Shown: positions 11,362 to 20,091, counted from the first letter of the stretch. The stretch: DNA of 21,848 nt from an uncultured Chloroflexia bacterium (GCA_963765765.1 CAVXYC010000033.1:1-21848), one strand, 5' to 3'. Numbers and translations: made by a program. Notes: generated by a model not told the origin, from the letters alone.

Positions 11362-11401
11362 GATCCGCGAGCCCGCTACTCGTCCAGCGGGCTCGCCGAT
11401 C
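11362..11401 (+). terminator. Hairpin after the small membrane gene
   Basis: gatc-gcgagcccgct..agcgggctcgc-gatc; an equivalent hairpin is at 15387-15430; no U tract. Confidence 0.4.
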
Positions 11402-11728
11402 GGCTGGCGGCACAAATACGTCGGCGACGGCCCGCCAGGACCCTTTGGGGTGCGGCGGTCGTCGCTGCTTTTATTAGCGCGATGCGCGTCCGCCGTCGGC
11501 TTCCAGCCTCGCGAGAAGGTGGCGAGGACCGCCGCGGTCCATAGGGTCCTGGCCGTGCTGCCGAGCCGGCTCGCATCCTAGGTGGACATGGGCTGCCGAA
11601 CGGCACCGCCGGCCGGTGCCAGGTGGCATTCAAGGCGGAGGTCGCGGGGTGCCTAGACTGCCGGGTAGAAGATCGGCCGCGATCGTGGCGCCTGCTGTGG
11701 GTGCTGACGCGGACGAAGGAGGCATGTC

Positions 11729-12148
11729 ATGGACGTGGGGCCACTCGAGCTGCTGGTCGTCAGGTTCCCGGGGAACCGGTTCACGGGGGAGATTGCCCCG
11801 GCGCTCACGGAGCTGGTTGAGGGCGGCCTGATCCGGGTGATCGACATCCTGTTCGTGATCAAGGACGACGTCGGCGAAGTGACGGTGCTGGAGATCAATG
11901 ATCTCGACGATGACGATTTCAGCCAGTTCGACCCGGTGGTGGCCGACCTGACCGGGATGCTGACCCCGGATGATGCGCGGTCGTTGTCGGCGTCGTTCGA
12001 GCCGAACTCGTCCGCGGCGATCATGCTGTTCGAGAACACCTGGGCGACGAAGTTCCGCGACACGCTGGTGCGCGCAAACGGGCAGCTGGTGCTGAACGAG
12101 CGCATCCCACGGGCGGTTGTGGAGGAGCTGGTGGCGTCGGCGGCGTAG
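11729..12148 (+). CDS. DUF6325-like protein (copy 1)
   Basis: RBS aaggagg; GPLELLVVRFPGNRFTGEIAPALTELVEGGLIRVIDILFV..FENTWA..GQLVLNERIP. Confidence 0.85.
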   Translation: MDVGPLELLVVRFPGNRFTGEIAPALTELVEGGLIRVIDILFVIKDDVGEVTVLEINDLDDDDFSQFDPVVADLTGMLTPDDARSLSASFEPNSSAAIMLFENTWATKFRDTLVRANGQLVLNERIPRAVVEELVASAA

Positions 12149-12190
12149 CGAGGACAAAGCGCGCGACGAGCGTGACAAAAGGAGCACACG

Positions 12191-12561
12191 ATGCGAGGAC
12201 GACGAATGATGGGGCGACGCGGCCCGGGCCTGGTGGGCGCCATGGCAACGACGGCGGTGGTCGCCGGCACGGCGCGGCCGTTTCGCACGGCATGAACAAC
12301 CGCGCCGCGGCCAAGGAGCAGGAGGCGTATGCCGAACAGGCCGCCATACAGTCACAGGCCGACATCCAGGACATGCAGGCCCAGATGGCGGCGATGCAGG
12401 CGCAGCAGGCGCAGGCGGCGATGCAGGCGCAGGCCGCGCCCGCGCCGGCCGCCCCCGCCCCTGATCTGATGGGGCAGCTCCAGAAGCTGGCGCAGCTGAA
12501 GGAAGCCGGGGCGCTGACCGAGGAAGAGTACGCGGCCGCCAAGGCCAAGCTGCTGGCCTAA
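12191..12561 (+). CDS. SHOCT domain protein (copy 1), one frameshift near 12270
   Basis: RBS aaggag; MRGRRMMGRRGPGLVG start as in the paralog at 16151; Q/A/P-rich linker; SHOCT LQKLAQLKEAGALTEEEYAAAKAKLL. Confidence 0.85.
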
Positions 12562-12697
12562 GCCGGCAGCTTGGCCCGAGCCGACGGTCGACCTGGCGAG
12601 CGCGACACTTCGGGCGCGATCCGCTAGCGAGCGCGCCCGAGCCGAGCAGCCGCCGGGCCAGTTTCGGAGAGATATCACAACCGCATGGAGATGAAGA

Positions 12698-13225
12698 GTG
12701 CCTGATCTAATTGTGCTGGGGTTCAAGGACACATTTAAGGCCGACGAGGCGATCACCGAGATGGAGCAATTGCAGCGTGAGGGGCTGCTCAGCGTCGCCG
12801 ACTGGGCGCGGGTAATTCGTGACGAGAATGGCAAGACCTCCATCCGTCAGGGCTCGAACACCGCCGCCGCGGGCGCGCTGGGTGGGACGATCCTGGGCAT
12901 GCTGTTCGGTCTGATTTTCCTGATGCCGCTGGCTGGCGCCGCGATTGGTGCAGTCACCGGCGCGATCGTAGGGAAATTTGCCGACGTCGGGATCGACGAC
13001 AAATTCATCAAGTCGATGGGAAATCAGCTCACGCCCGGGACATCGGCCCTGTTCGTGTACGTGATCCAGGCGACCGCGGACAAGGTTATCGAGCGGATGG
13101 CTCGGTTCCAACCCGAAGTGCTGCGCACGTCACTGTCCGAGGATGCCGACGAACGGCTCCGCGAGGCGCTGCAGGCCAAGACTGAACCGTCGAGCACCCC
13201 TGAAGCGCCGAGCACCACCGTCTGA
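12698..13225 (+). CDS. DUF1269-like membrane protein (copy 1)
   Basis: LIVLGFKD..A, glycine-rich hairpin GALGGTILGMLFGLIFLMPLAGAAIGAVTGA, DVGIDDKFIK, LTPGTSALF, EVLRTSLS. Confidence 0.88.
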   Translation: MPDLIVLGFKDTFKADEAITEMEQLQREGLLSVADWARVIRDENGKTSIRQGSNTAAAGALGGTILGMLFGLIFLMPLAGAAIGAVTGAIVGKFADVGIDDKFIKSMGNQLTPGTSALFVYVIQATADKVIERMARFQPEVLRTSLSEDADERLREALQAKTEPSSTPEAPSTTV

Positions 13226-13383
13226 TTTCGTGGCGTTGGGGATGGAGCGGCGCGCGCGGCCAGGGCACCGGCCGGAGCGCGCGTCGGAACGTGTTGGTGG
13301 CAGGCGCTGAACGTCGGCATCGAGATGACGTTGTGGCAACGGGCCAGCTTCGGTGAGATGTCACTACCGCATGGAGGTGAAGA

Positions 13384-13908
13384 GTGACTGAGCTAATTGT
13401 GCTGGGGTTCAAGGACACATCCACCGCCGACCGGGCACTCACCGAGGTGGAGAAAATGCGACGTGAGGGGCTGCTCACGGTGGCCGACTGGGCGCGCGTG
13501 ATTCGTCGCGAGGACGGTAAGACCGAGATCCAGCAGGCCGAGAACACCACCACGTCGGGCGCCGTGGGCGGGACGTTTTTGGGCCTGCTGTTCGGCGTGC
13601 TCATCCTGAACCCGCTGGCTGGCGCCGCGGTCGGCGCAGTCACCGGCGCGATCGCAGGGAAATTTGCCGACGTTGGGATCGACGACACGGTCATCAAGGG
13701 GATGGGGAACCAGCTCCAGCCCGGGACATCGGCCCTGTTCATCTACGTGGTCGAGGCGACCACGGACAAGGTGATCGCGCGGATGGAACAGTTCCAGCCG
13801 GAGGTGCTGCGCACGTCGCTGTCCGAGGATGCCGATGCGCGGCTCCGCAAGGCACTGCAGGCCAAGCCTGAAGCGTCGAGCAAGCCCGAAGCGTCGAGCA
13901 CCCCCTGA
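13384..13908 (+). CDS. DUF1269-like membrane protein (copy 2, tandem paralog)
   Basis: Same motifs as copy 1; shares about 45 nt of upstream sequence (cgggccag.ttcgg.gagat.tcac.accgcatggag.tgaaga). Confidence 0.88.
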   Translation: MTELIVLGFKDTSTADRALTEVEKMRREGLLTVADWARVIRREDGKTEIQQAENTTTSGAVGGTFLGLLFGVLILNPLAGAAVGAVTGAIAGKFADVGIDDTVIKGMGNQLQPGTSALFIYVVEATTDKVIARMEQFQPEVLRTSLSEDADARLRKALQAKPEASSKPEASSTP

Positions 13909-14278
13909 ACCGTCGAGCACAAGCGTCTGATTCCGTGGCGTCGCGGCCCCGATCGGCGTCTGCTGTGGCGTTTCGAGTGAGCACCTCTGATTCAAGCTGG
14001 ACGTGGAGCGAGGGCGCCACGTTCTGAACCTGGCCGCCGGGCAACGCTTCGGTCGATGCGATGGTTAAGTCGCTCCCAAGAAGAAACATTTAGCGTGAGG
14101 CCTTCGCGCGCGACGAACGTCTGCATCGCGGGGCGCGAGCTTCCGCGCCGGCGATCGCGCTCGCGCGCACCAACACGCTATGAACAGCGGCGGCAAACCC
14201 CAAGCTACCTATGCGCAGTGTCATCCCGCGTCCCTCACGTGAACACACCTTCGTCGGCTGGTCCCTCAATCACCGCCC

Positions 14279-14374
14279 CCGTGTCATCCTGAGCCGCAGC
14301 GAAGGATCTTTTCCCCAACGCGATCTTGCAAACGCGGTGGGGAAGATCCTTCGCTGCGGCTCAGGATGACACGG
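14279..14374. repeat. REP doublet, family B, intact (unoccupied IS110 target)
   Basis: ccgtgtcatcctgagccgcagcgaaggatctt / aagatccttcgctgcggctcaggatgacacgg perfect inverted arms. Confidence 0.9.
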
Positions 14375-14532
14375 CTCTCTGGAGGTGAGGAGGATTGCTC
14401 GAACCGGGGATCGGAGCGCCAAGTTCAGGGTGCTGGCGGGCGGGCGACCCGTGGGGCTCTCGGCATGACAGGCGGCCGGCAGGGCGAAACGAGCTCGGCG
14501 CCAGTGTGTTCATGGGAGATGGACTCCTCGTT

Positions 14533-14632
14533 ACCGGTGGTGTCGGGCATCTTGCCCGACAGTAACGCTCCCGCACGGATATCGGCGTGTGGTGCCGCCT
14601 TACTGTCGGGCAAGATGCCCGACACCACCGGT
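14533..14632. repeat. REP doublet, family A, copy 2
   Basis: Perfect 33-bp inverted arms 14533-14565 / 14600-14632; loop similar to that of copy 1. Confidence 0.9.
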
Positions 14633-14644
14633 CATTGGGAGAGC

Positions 14645-15045
14645 CTGGCGCCAACATCGGTGCCCAAGCTCACTCGAGCTGACTCACTTCGGCGTGCACA
14701 CGTCCTCCACCCGGCAATTCGAGCTGAAAGTCCCCGCTCGCTGACATGGAACCGTTCAGCGAGCGGGCCATTGGCCGCCCATTGCAGCCATATCCAGCTC
14801 GATCCGGCGCGATCGAATGCTGTGAGCCAGTTGCGCACGCCGCTCGGTGACAATTGGCATCGTCAGCTGACCACGGCCGGGCGGAATATGGAGATGCGCC
14901 GTGCTAATCCACAACCCGCGTGGCGCAGACGGACCGGACGTTCTGCTGTGGCTGACGCGTCCGGCCTGAGCGGCGTGAGCGTCGTAGCAGGGCGCTGGGC
15001 CGAAGTCGCCGACGCGCGTGGCCGCGGACCGAACGCTGTCGGCAC
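14645..15045 (+). pseudogene. Decayed copy of the upstream region and 5' part of the terminase gene (copy 2)
   Basis: cacttcggcgtgcacacgtcctccacccggca versus cacttcggcatgcacacgtcctcaacccggca (16741-, ATG changed to GTG); gttcagcgagcggg..attggccgccca..cagctcga.ccggc retained. Confidence 0.8.
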
Positions 15046-15058
15046 GGGAAGGATGGAC

Positions 15059-15359
15059 ATGGGCTGCCTATTCGTCATCTTCGCCGGCGCGTTCCCACGA
15101 TTCGCGGACATCATCCTCTGGATCGCTCAGGCCGAATCTGTTCCTCGCGCCGTTCGGCGGCAACTGGCTGTGGCCGCTGCTGGGGATAATGTTTTTGCCG
15201 TTCACGACGCTCCTGTACGTCGTGATGTGGTCGCCCGCGACCGGCCTGCAGGGCGGCGACTGGTTCTGGCTCATGCTGGCCGTGATCCTCGACATCTCGC
15301 ACGCCGCCGGAGGTGTGTACTCCAACCGTGATCGAGTTCCGGGCATGACGACACAGTGA
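15059..15359 (+). CDS. Small membrane protein (copy 2), frameshift near 15128
   Basis: MGCLFVIFAGAFPRFADIILWIA / RPNLFLAPFGGNWLWPLLGIMFLPFTTLLY; paralog of 11054-11353. Confidence 0.78.
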
Positions 15360-15688
15360 TGGCCGCAACGCCACAGTGATAGCCGTGGATCGGCGAGCCC
15401 GTTTTACTCCTCCCGCGGGCTCCCCGATCCGTCGGCCGCGGCACGACAAGATCCTTTGGACTGCGGCGGTCTTCGTCGCTTCTCGCGAACCTGGAAGCCG
15501 ATGGCGGACGCGCTCCACGCTAGTCGACAGCGACGGCGGCAGCTGCTGACCCTCTGCCGAACGGCACCACCGGCCGGTGCCAGGTGACATTCAAAGCGAA
15601 GGTCGCGGGGCGCCTAGACTGCCGGAGAAGATCGGCCGCGATCGTGGCGCCTGCTGTGGGTGCTGACGCGGACGAGAGGAGACATGCC

Positions 15689-16108
15689 ATGAGTTTGGGC
15701 CCACTCGAGCTACTGGTCGTCAAGTTCCCGGGGAATAAGTTCACGGGGGAGATCGCCCCGGCGCTCACGGAGCTGGTCGAAGGCGGTCTGATCCGAGTGA
15801 TCGACATCCTGTTCTTGTACAAGGACGAGGCCAGCGAGATGACGGTGCTGGAGATCAACGACCTCGACGATGACGACTACCGCCAGTTCGACCCGGTAGT
15901 GGCCGACCTGACCGGGATGCTGACCGCGGAGGATGCACAGCGGTTATCGGCGTCGTTCGAGGCGAACTCCTCGGCGGTGATCATGCTGTTCGAGAACACC
16001 TGGGCGACGAAGTTCCGCGACACGCTGGTGCGTGCGAACGGGGAGCTGGTGCTGAACGAGCGGATTCCACGGACGGTCGTCGACGAGCTGGTGGCGGCGG
16101 CGGCGTAG
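15689..16108 (+). CDS. DUF6325-like protein (copy 2)
   Basis: RBS gaggag; MSLGPLELLVVKFPGNKFTGEIAPAL..; close paralog of 11729-12148. Confidence 0.85.
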   Translation: MSLGPLELLVVKFPGNKFTGEIAPALTELVEGGLIRVIDILFLYKDEASEMTVLEINDLDDDDYRQFDPVVADLTGMLTAEDAQRLSASFEANSSAVIMLFENTWATKFRDTLVRANGELVLNERIPRTVVDELVAAAA

Positions 16109-16150
16109 CGAGGTTCGAGCGCACGACGAGCGAGACGAAAGGAGCACAGG

Positions 16151-16534
16151 ATGCGAGGACGACGGATGATGGGGCGACGCGGCCCGGGCCTGGTGGGCAC
16201 CATGGCGACGGCGGCGGTGATCGGCGGCACGGCGGCGGCGGTGGGGCACGGCGTCGACCGGCGGATGGACCGACGCGATGCGCGGCGGGGGCAGGAAGAG
16301 TACGCCGAGCAGGCCGCCATACAGTCACAGGCCGACATCCAGGACATGCAGGCCCAGATGGCGGCGATGCAAGCCCAGCAGGCGCAGGCGGCAATCCAGG
16401 CGCAGGCCGCGCCCGCGCCGGCCGCCGCCGCCCCTGATCTGATGACGCAGCTCCAGCAGCTGGCGCAGCTAAAGGAAGCCGGGGCGCTGACCGAGGAAGA
16501 GTACGCGGTCGCCAAGGCCAAGCTTCTGGCCTGA
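16151..16534 (+). CDS. SHOCT domain protein (copy 2)
   Basis: RBS aaggag; GLVGTMATAAVIGGTAAAV..; C-terminal LQQLAQLKEAGALTEEEYAVAKAKLL. Confidence 0.88.
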   Translation: MRGRRMMGRRGPGLVGTMATAAVIGGTAAAVGHGVDRRMDRRDARRGQEEYAEQAAIQSQADIQDMQAQMAAMQAQQAQAAIQAQAAPAPAAAAPDLMTQLQQLAQLKEAGALTEEEYAVAKAKLLA

Positions 16535-16652
16535 GCCAGCTCCAGGCCTGAGCCGTTGTCGCCGACCGGATGCGCACTCATCTGGCGGGGATGCGGACGG
16601 TTCAGGCTGACCGACTGCGCGTCTCATGCATGGTCGAGATGCGCTACCTCCT

Positions 16653-16690
16653 GATGGTGGTGTCGGGCACGAGGTCCGATACCACACATC
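16653..16690. repeat. Single degenerate family-A REP hairpin upstream of the terminase
   Basis: gatggtggtgtcgggcacgaggtccgataccacacatc; same position relative to ctggcgccaacatc as the doublets at 10561 and 14533. Confidence 0.65.
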
Positions 16691-16749
16691 GGAATAAGCA
16701 CTGGCGCCAACATCGGCGCACAAGCCGTCCCAAGCCGATTCACTTCGGC

Positions 16750-18214
16750 ATGCACACGTCCTCAACCCGGCATCACGCGCTCAAGCGGCTCCTCTCTGAC
16801 ATCGGCCTGTTCAGCGAGCGGGTCATCGGCCGCCCACTGCGGCCGTATCAGCTCGAGCCGGCTCGATCCATCGTTCAGAGCGTGCTGCGGCGGCAGGGGC
16901 GGACGTTCACCATCATGATGGCGCGGCAGGCCGGCAAGAACGAGCTGTCCGCGCACATCGAGGCCTATCTGCTGAGCCTGTTCCAGCGCGTGGGCGGCAC
17001 GCTGGTGAAGGCGGCGCCCACATTTCGACCGCAAGCGCGCATCTCCATGCGACGCCTCGAGTCGATCCTCGATCGCGGCTGGAGCGCCGGCCAATGGCAG
17101 ACCGTGGACGGCCATCGACTGCGTCTGGGAAACGCCGAGATCGCCTTCATGTCCGCCGCTGAAAGCGCCAATGTCGTTGGCGCCACGGCGAACGTGCTGC
17201 TGGAGATCGACGAGGCGCAGGACGTGTCCGAGGCCAAGTACGATCGCGACTTCCGCCCCATGGGCGCCACGGCCAATGTGACCACGGTGCTCTACGGAAC
17301 GGCCTGGACCAGCGACACGCTCCTGGAGCGACTGCGCCAGCAGCATCAAGCGATGGAGGCCGAGGGCGCTGACCGAAGGCACTTTGAGTATTCCTGGCAG
17401 TCCGTGGCCCGCCACAATCCCGACTATGCTCGCTACGTTCAGGCGGAGATCGAGCGGCTTGGCGCCGACCATCCGCTCATTCGCACGCAGTATCTGCTTC
17501 AGCCACTCAGCGGCTCCGGCGGGTTCTTCTCGGATACGCAGCTCGCCTTGCTTCAAGGGGATCACGTCAGACTGCGAGCTCCCCGCGCCGGAGTGCAGTA
17601 CGTGGCCGGTCTGGATCTGGCCGGGTCGGACGAGCAGTCGGACGACGTGATGCTGGCGTCTTCTGAAGGACGCCGAGACGCAACCGTGCTCACCATCTGC
17701 GAGGTGCGCTGGGAGAGCGTGGCCGGCCTGGTGCCGGAGCCGTGGATCCGCGTGGTTGACCAGCTTCAGTGGGTCAACGTGCCGCACCGATCGCTATTTG
17801 AGCGGCTGCTCACACTGGTGCGCGATCACTGGCATTGCCAGCGCGTGGTGGTGGACTCCACCGGCGTGGGCGCCGGCATCGCCGGGTTCCTCAGCTCGGC
17901 CCTGGGCCGCCAGGTCGGTGGAGCCGTTTCAGTTCACCGCGGCGAGCAAATCGGACCTGGGCTACGGATTGCTGGGCGCCATCAACGGTGGTCGAGCCCG
18001 CATGTATGCCGACGACGCGTCCGCGGAGTGGCGTGAATTCTGGGCCCAGGCGCGCGCGGCTCGCTACGCCCTGGCGGCCGGGCAGCGGCTCAACTTCTTC
18101 GTCCCCATCAGCGCGGGTCACGATGACTACCTGATGTCCCTCGCCCTCGCCGTACGCGCGGCAGCCCACGGCGCTCCCCGCCGCGCCTCGGCACGATCAG
18201 CAGCAGCTCGCTGA
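16750..18214 (+). CDS. terL: Phage-type terminase large subunit (ATPase + RNase H-like nuclease), one frameshift near 17915
   Basis: Q-motif LRPYQ, Walker A MARQAGKNE, Walker B LLEIDEAQ, coupling motif YGTA, nuclease AGLDLAG, VVVDSTGVG, and GHDDYLMSLALA in the second frame. Confidence 0.85.
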
Positions 18215-18290
18215 CGTAGTTCCCTCTCCTAGAGGGAGAGGGTTGCTGACGTAGTTCCCTCTCCCTCTGGGAGAGGGTTAGGGTGAGGGA
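18210..18290. repeat. 35-bp tandem duplication containing a CCCTCTCC/GGAGAGGG REP-like palindrome
   Basis: gctgacgtagttccctctcctagagggagagggtt (18210-18244) and gctgacgtagttccctctccctctgggagagggtt (18245-18279), then agggtgaggg. Confidence 0.75.
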
Positions 18291-18789
18291 CCCGCGAGAT
18301 CCCCCATGCACGAGCTCCACTCGCAAAAATGCTGCACGCCAGTTGCCCATAGCGCGCATCAGTCTCACTAAGCGGAGCCGTCCGGTACGTCTTGTGCAGT
18401 GCCAAAGGCAATTGAATCATCACGCCGCTTTGCTGGCGGGTCAGGTTGTGTGCCATGTTTGCCTGGATCGTGAAACGGATGCTATTGGCAGTGCCGTTCT
18501 TCTTCTTGCGACGCTCTTTCATCGGCGGCCTCATTAGCTTCTTCCTTCTGAAAAAACTGACCGAAAAAGACTCCTCTCGCGGCATGTCGTCGTCCAGCCG
18601 CGGACAGTACTCCTAGGAGCCCGGCCCGTCTGAAGGCGCTTCTACGGCCGGCAGAATTATTCGCCGGTCACTGAATCCTGCCACCCGTTTCGCTGTCAAC
18701 CCGAGAAGCGCTATGGGCTCCGGCGCGCCGACACGCCATGCACACGCAGAGAGCCACCCGACCCGACAACCCGTGACTCGCCGCCCGTC

Positions 18790-18821
18790 GCCTTGTCATC
18801 CTGAGCCGCAGCGAAGGATCT
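18790..18821. repeat. Left arm of a family-B REP doublet split by IS110
   Basis: gccttgtcatcctgagccgcagcgaaggatCT; pairs with 20133-20164. Confidence 0.88.
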
Positions 18822-18832
18822 TGTATCTTGCA

Positions 18833-19100
18833 GTCCGAGCCTATGGGCCTGGGGATAACCCGCCGTCGTCGTCCTGGGGAGGGGGCATGGGGGAGGGGAT
18901 ATTCCTATCGGGGATAACTCTCCGCCACCGGCGACAATCAGCTTGGGGCCACCGCGGCGTCAGACCGTAAGGATCCCGGCCGTACGAGGCCGTGGGAAGC
19001 TGGATCGGCGTCCGCGGTTTCCGGCGTCCGAATCCGTACAGTTGCCGGGGCCGCGAGCCCGCATCGGCAAGACTGGATGTGTGCGTCCGGGCGGCTCCGT
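18833..19100 (+). ncRNA. Predicted bridge RNA (ends approximate)
   Basis: Target-binding loop: aaggatc (18969-18975), hairpin cggcc/ggccg, gggaag (18994-18999), closed by accgcgg/ccgcggt. Donor-binding loop: acagttgc (19038-19045), hairpin, caag (19068-19071), closed by atcc/ggat. Confidence 0.8.
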
Positions 19101-19132
19101 TGCGGCGGGTCCATGCGGAAGGAGACGATCCG

Positions 19133-20089
19133 ATGACGGGCACCGATAGCTCCGGTAGGGCTGGATGTGGCCAGCGCGTGGCTCGATGGCGCCACGGCCC
19201 GGAGGTCCGACCTGGCACATCCCGAACGATGTCGCCGGGGCAGCGGCCCTGGTCGCCGAGCTCGTCACGCTTGCTCCCCGGGGAATCGTGCTCGAGGCGA
19301 CCGGCGGCGTCGCGGCGGCGGTGGCGAGCTGGCGGGGTTGCCGGTCGCCGTCGTCAATCCGCGCCAGGTGCGCGAGTTCGCGCGGGCCAGCGGCACGCGC
19401 GCCAAGACTGGGACCGGCTGGATGCGCGCGTGCTGGCACGCTTCGATGGCGTTGCAGCCTGCGCCGCGCGCGCCGCTGGATGCCGCGGCGGACGATCTCC
19501 AGGCGCTGCTGGCCCGCCGTCGGCAGTTGCAGGCGATGCTCGTGGCAGAACGGAATCGACTCACCCGAGCCCGACCGGTGGCGAAGCCGAGCATCGCCAT
19601 CATCGTGGACGTGCTCCAGACGCAGGTGAAGGCGCTGGACGCCGAGCTGCGCACGCCGGTGGCGGCGGATGCCCGCTGGCAGGCCGCGCAGACGCTCCTG
19701 CGGACGGTCCCAGGAGTGGGGCTCGTCCTCTCCTCCACCTTACTGGGCGAGCCCGGCTGGGCCTGCTCACCCGCCAGCAGGTCGCCTCGCTGGTCGGCGT
19801 GGCGCCCTGGAATCGGGACAGTGGACGGACACAGGGGCGGCGCCAAACCTGGGGTGGGCGCGGATCGGTCCGCACAACCCTGTATATGGGCACCCTCGTG
19901 GCGACGCGGTTCAACACCGTGATCCGAGCGTTTTACCACCGATTGTCACCGCCGGGAAACCGAAGAAAGTCGCAATTAGCCTGCATGCGCAAACTCTTGA
20001 CGATTCTAAACGCGATGAAGCGCTCCGGCAGATCATGGGGCCACCGCAACCCGAGTCCGCCACGGCCACCACGGAGGTCGGCAGCTTGA
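19133..20089 (+). CDS. IS110 family DEDD recombinase/transposase, frameshifted
   Basis: RBS gaaggag; VGLDVAS, IVLEATGG, VVNPRQVREFA, AKT/DRLDARVLA, TVPGVG, GVAPWNRDSG (catalytic Ser region), ACMRKLLTILNAM. Confidence 0.92.
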   Translation: MTGTDSSGRAGCGQRVARWRHGPEVRPGTSRTMSPGQRPWSPSSSRLLPGESCSRRPAASRRRWRAGGVAGRRRQSAPGARVRAGQRHARQDWDRLDARVLARFDGVAACAARAAGCRGGRSPGAAGPPSAVAGDARGRTESTHPSPTGGEAEHRHHRGRAPDAGEGAGRRAAHAGGGGCPLAGRADAPADGPRSGARPLLHLTGRARLGLLTRQQVASLVGVAPWNRDSGRTQGRRQTWGGRGSVRTTLYMGTLVATRFNTVIRAFYHRLSPPGNRRKSQLACMRKLLTILNAMKRSGRSWGHRNPSPPRPPRRSAA

Positions 20090-20091
20090 CA
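20086..20091 (+). promoter_or_regulatory. -35 box of the IS110 circle-junction promoter
   Basis: TTGACA; after joining the ends at the CT core it lies 17 nt from TATCTT (18824-18829). Confidence 0.8.

Noticed and set aside
14366-15331. 321-aa ORF, and the 60-aa N-terminal extension of the terminase ORF from 16570
   Set aside because: They read through REP palindromes and decayed terL sequence; low-complexity GC-rich open frames with no family motifs.
10561-16690. CRISPR array or integron attC sites from the recurring palindromes
   Set aside because: Repeats are inverted doublets kilobases apart, not regularly spaced direct repeats; they do not follow each gene; no cas or intI gene is present.
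18600-18675. ZTP riboswitch suggested by gtgaccggcgaa on the minus strand
   Set aside because: The GGGGAGC element and 3' CGCCUGGGC pseudoknot partner are missing, and no purine/folate gene follows.
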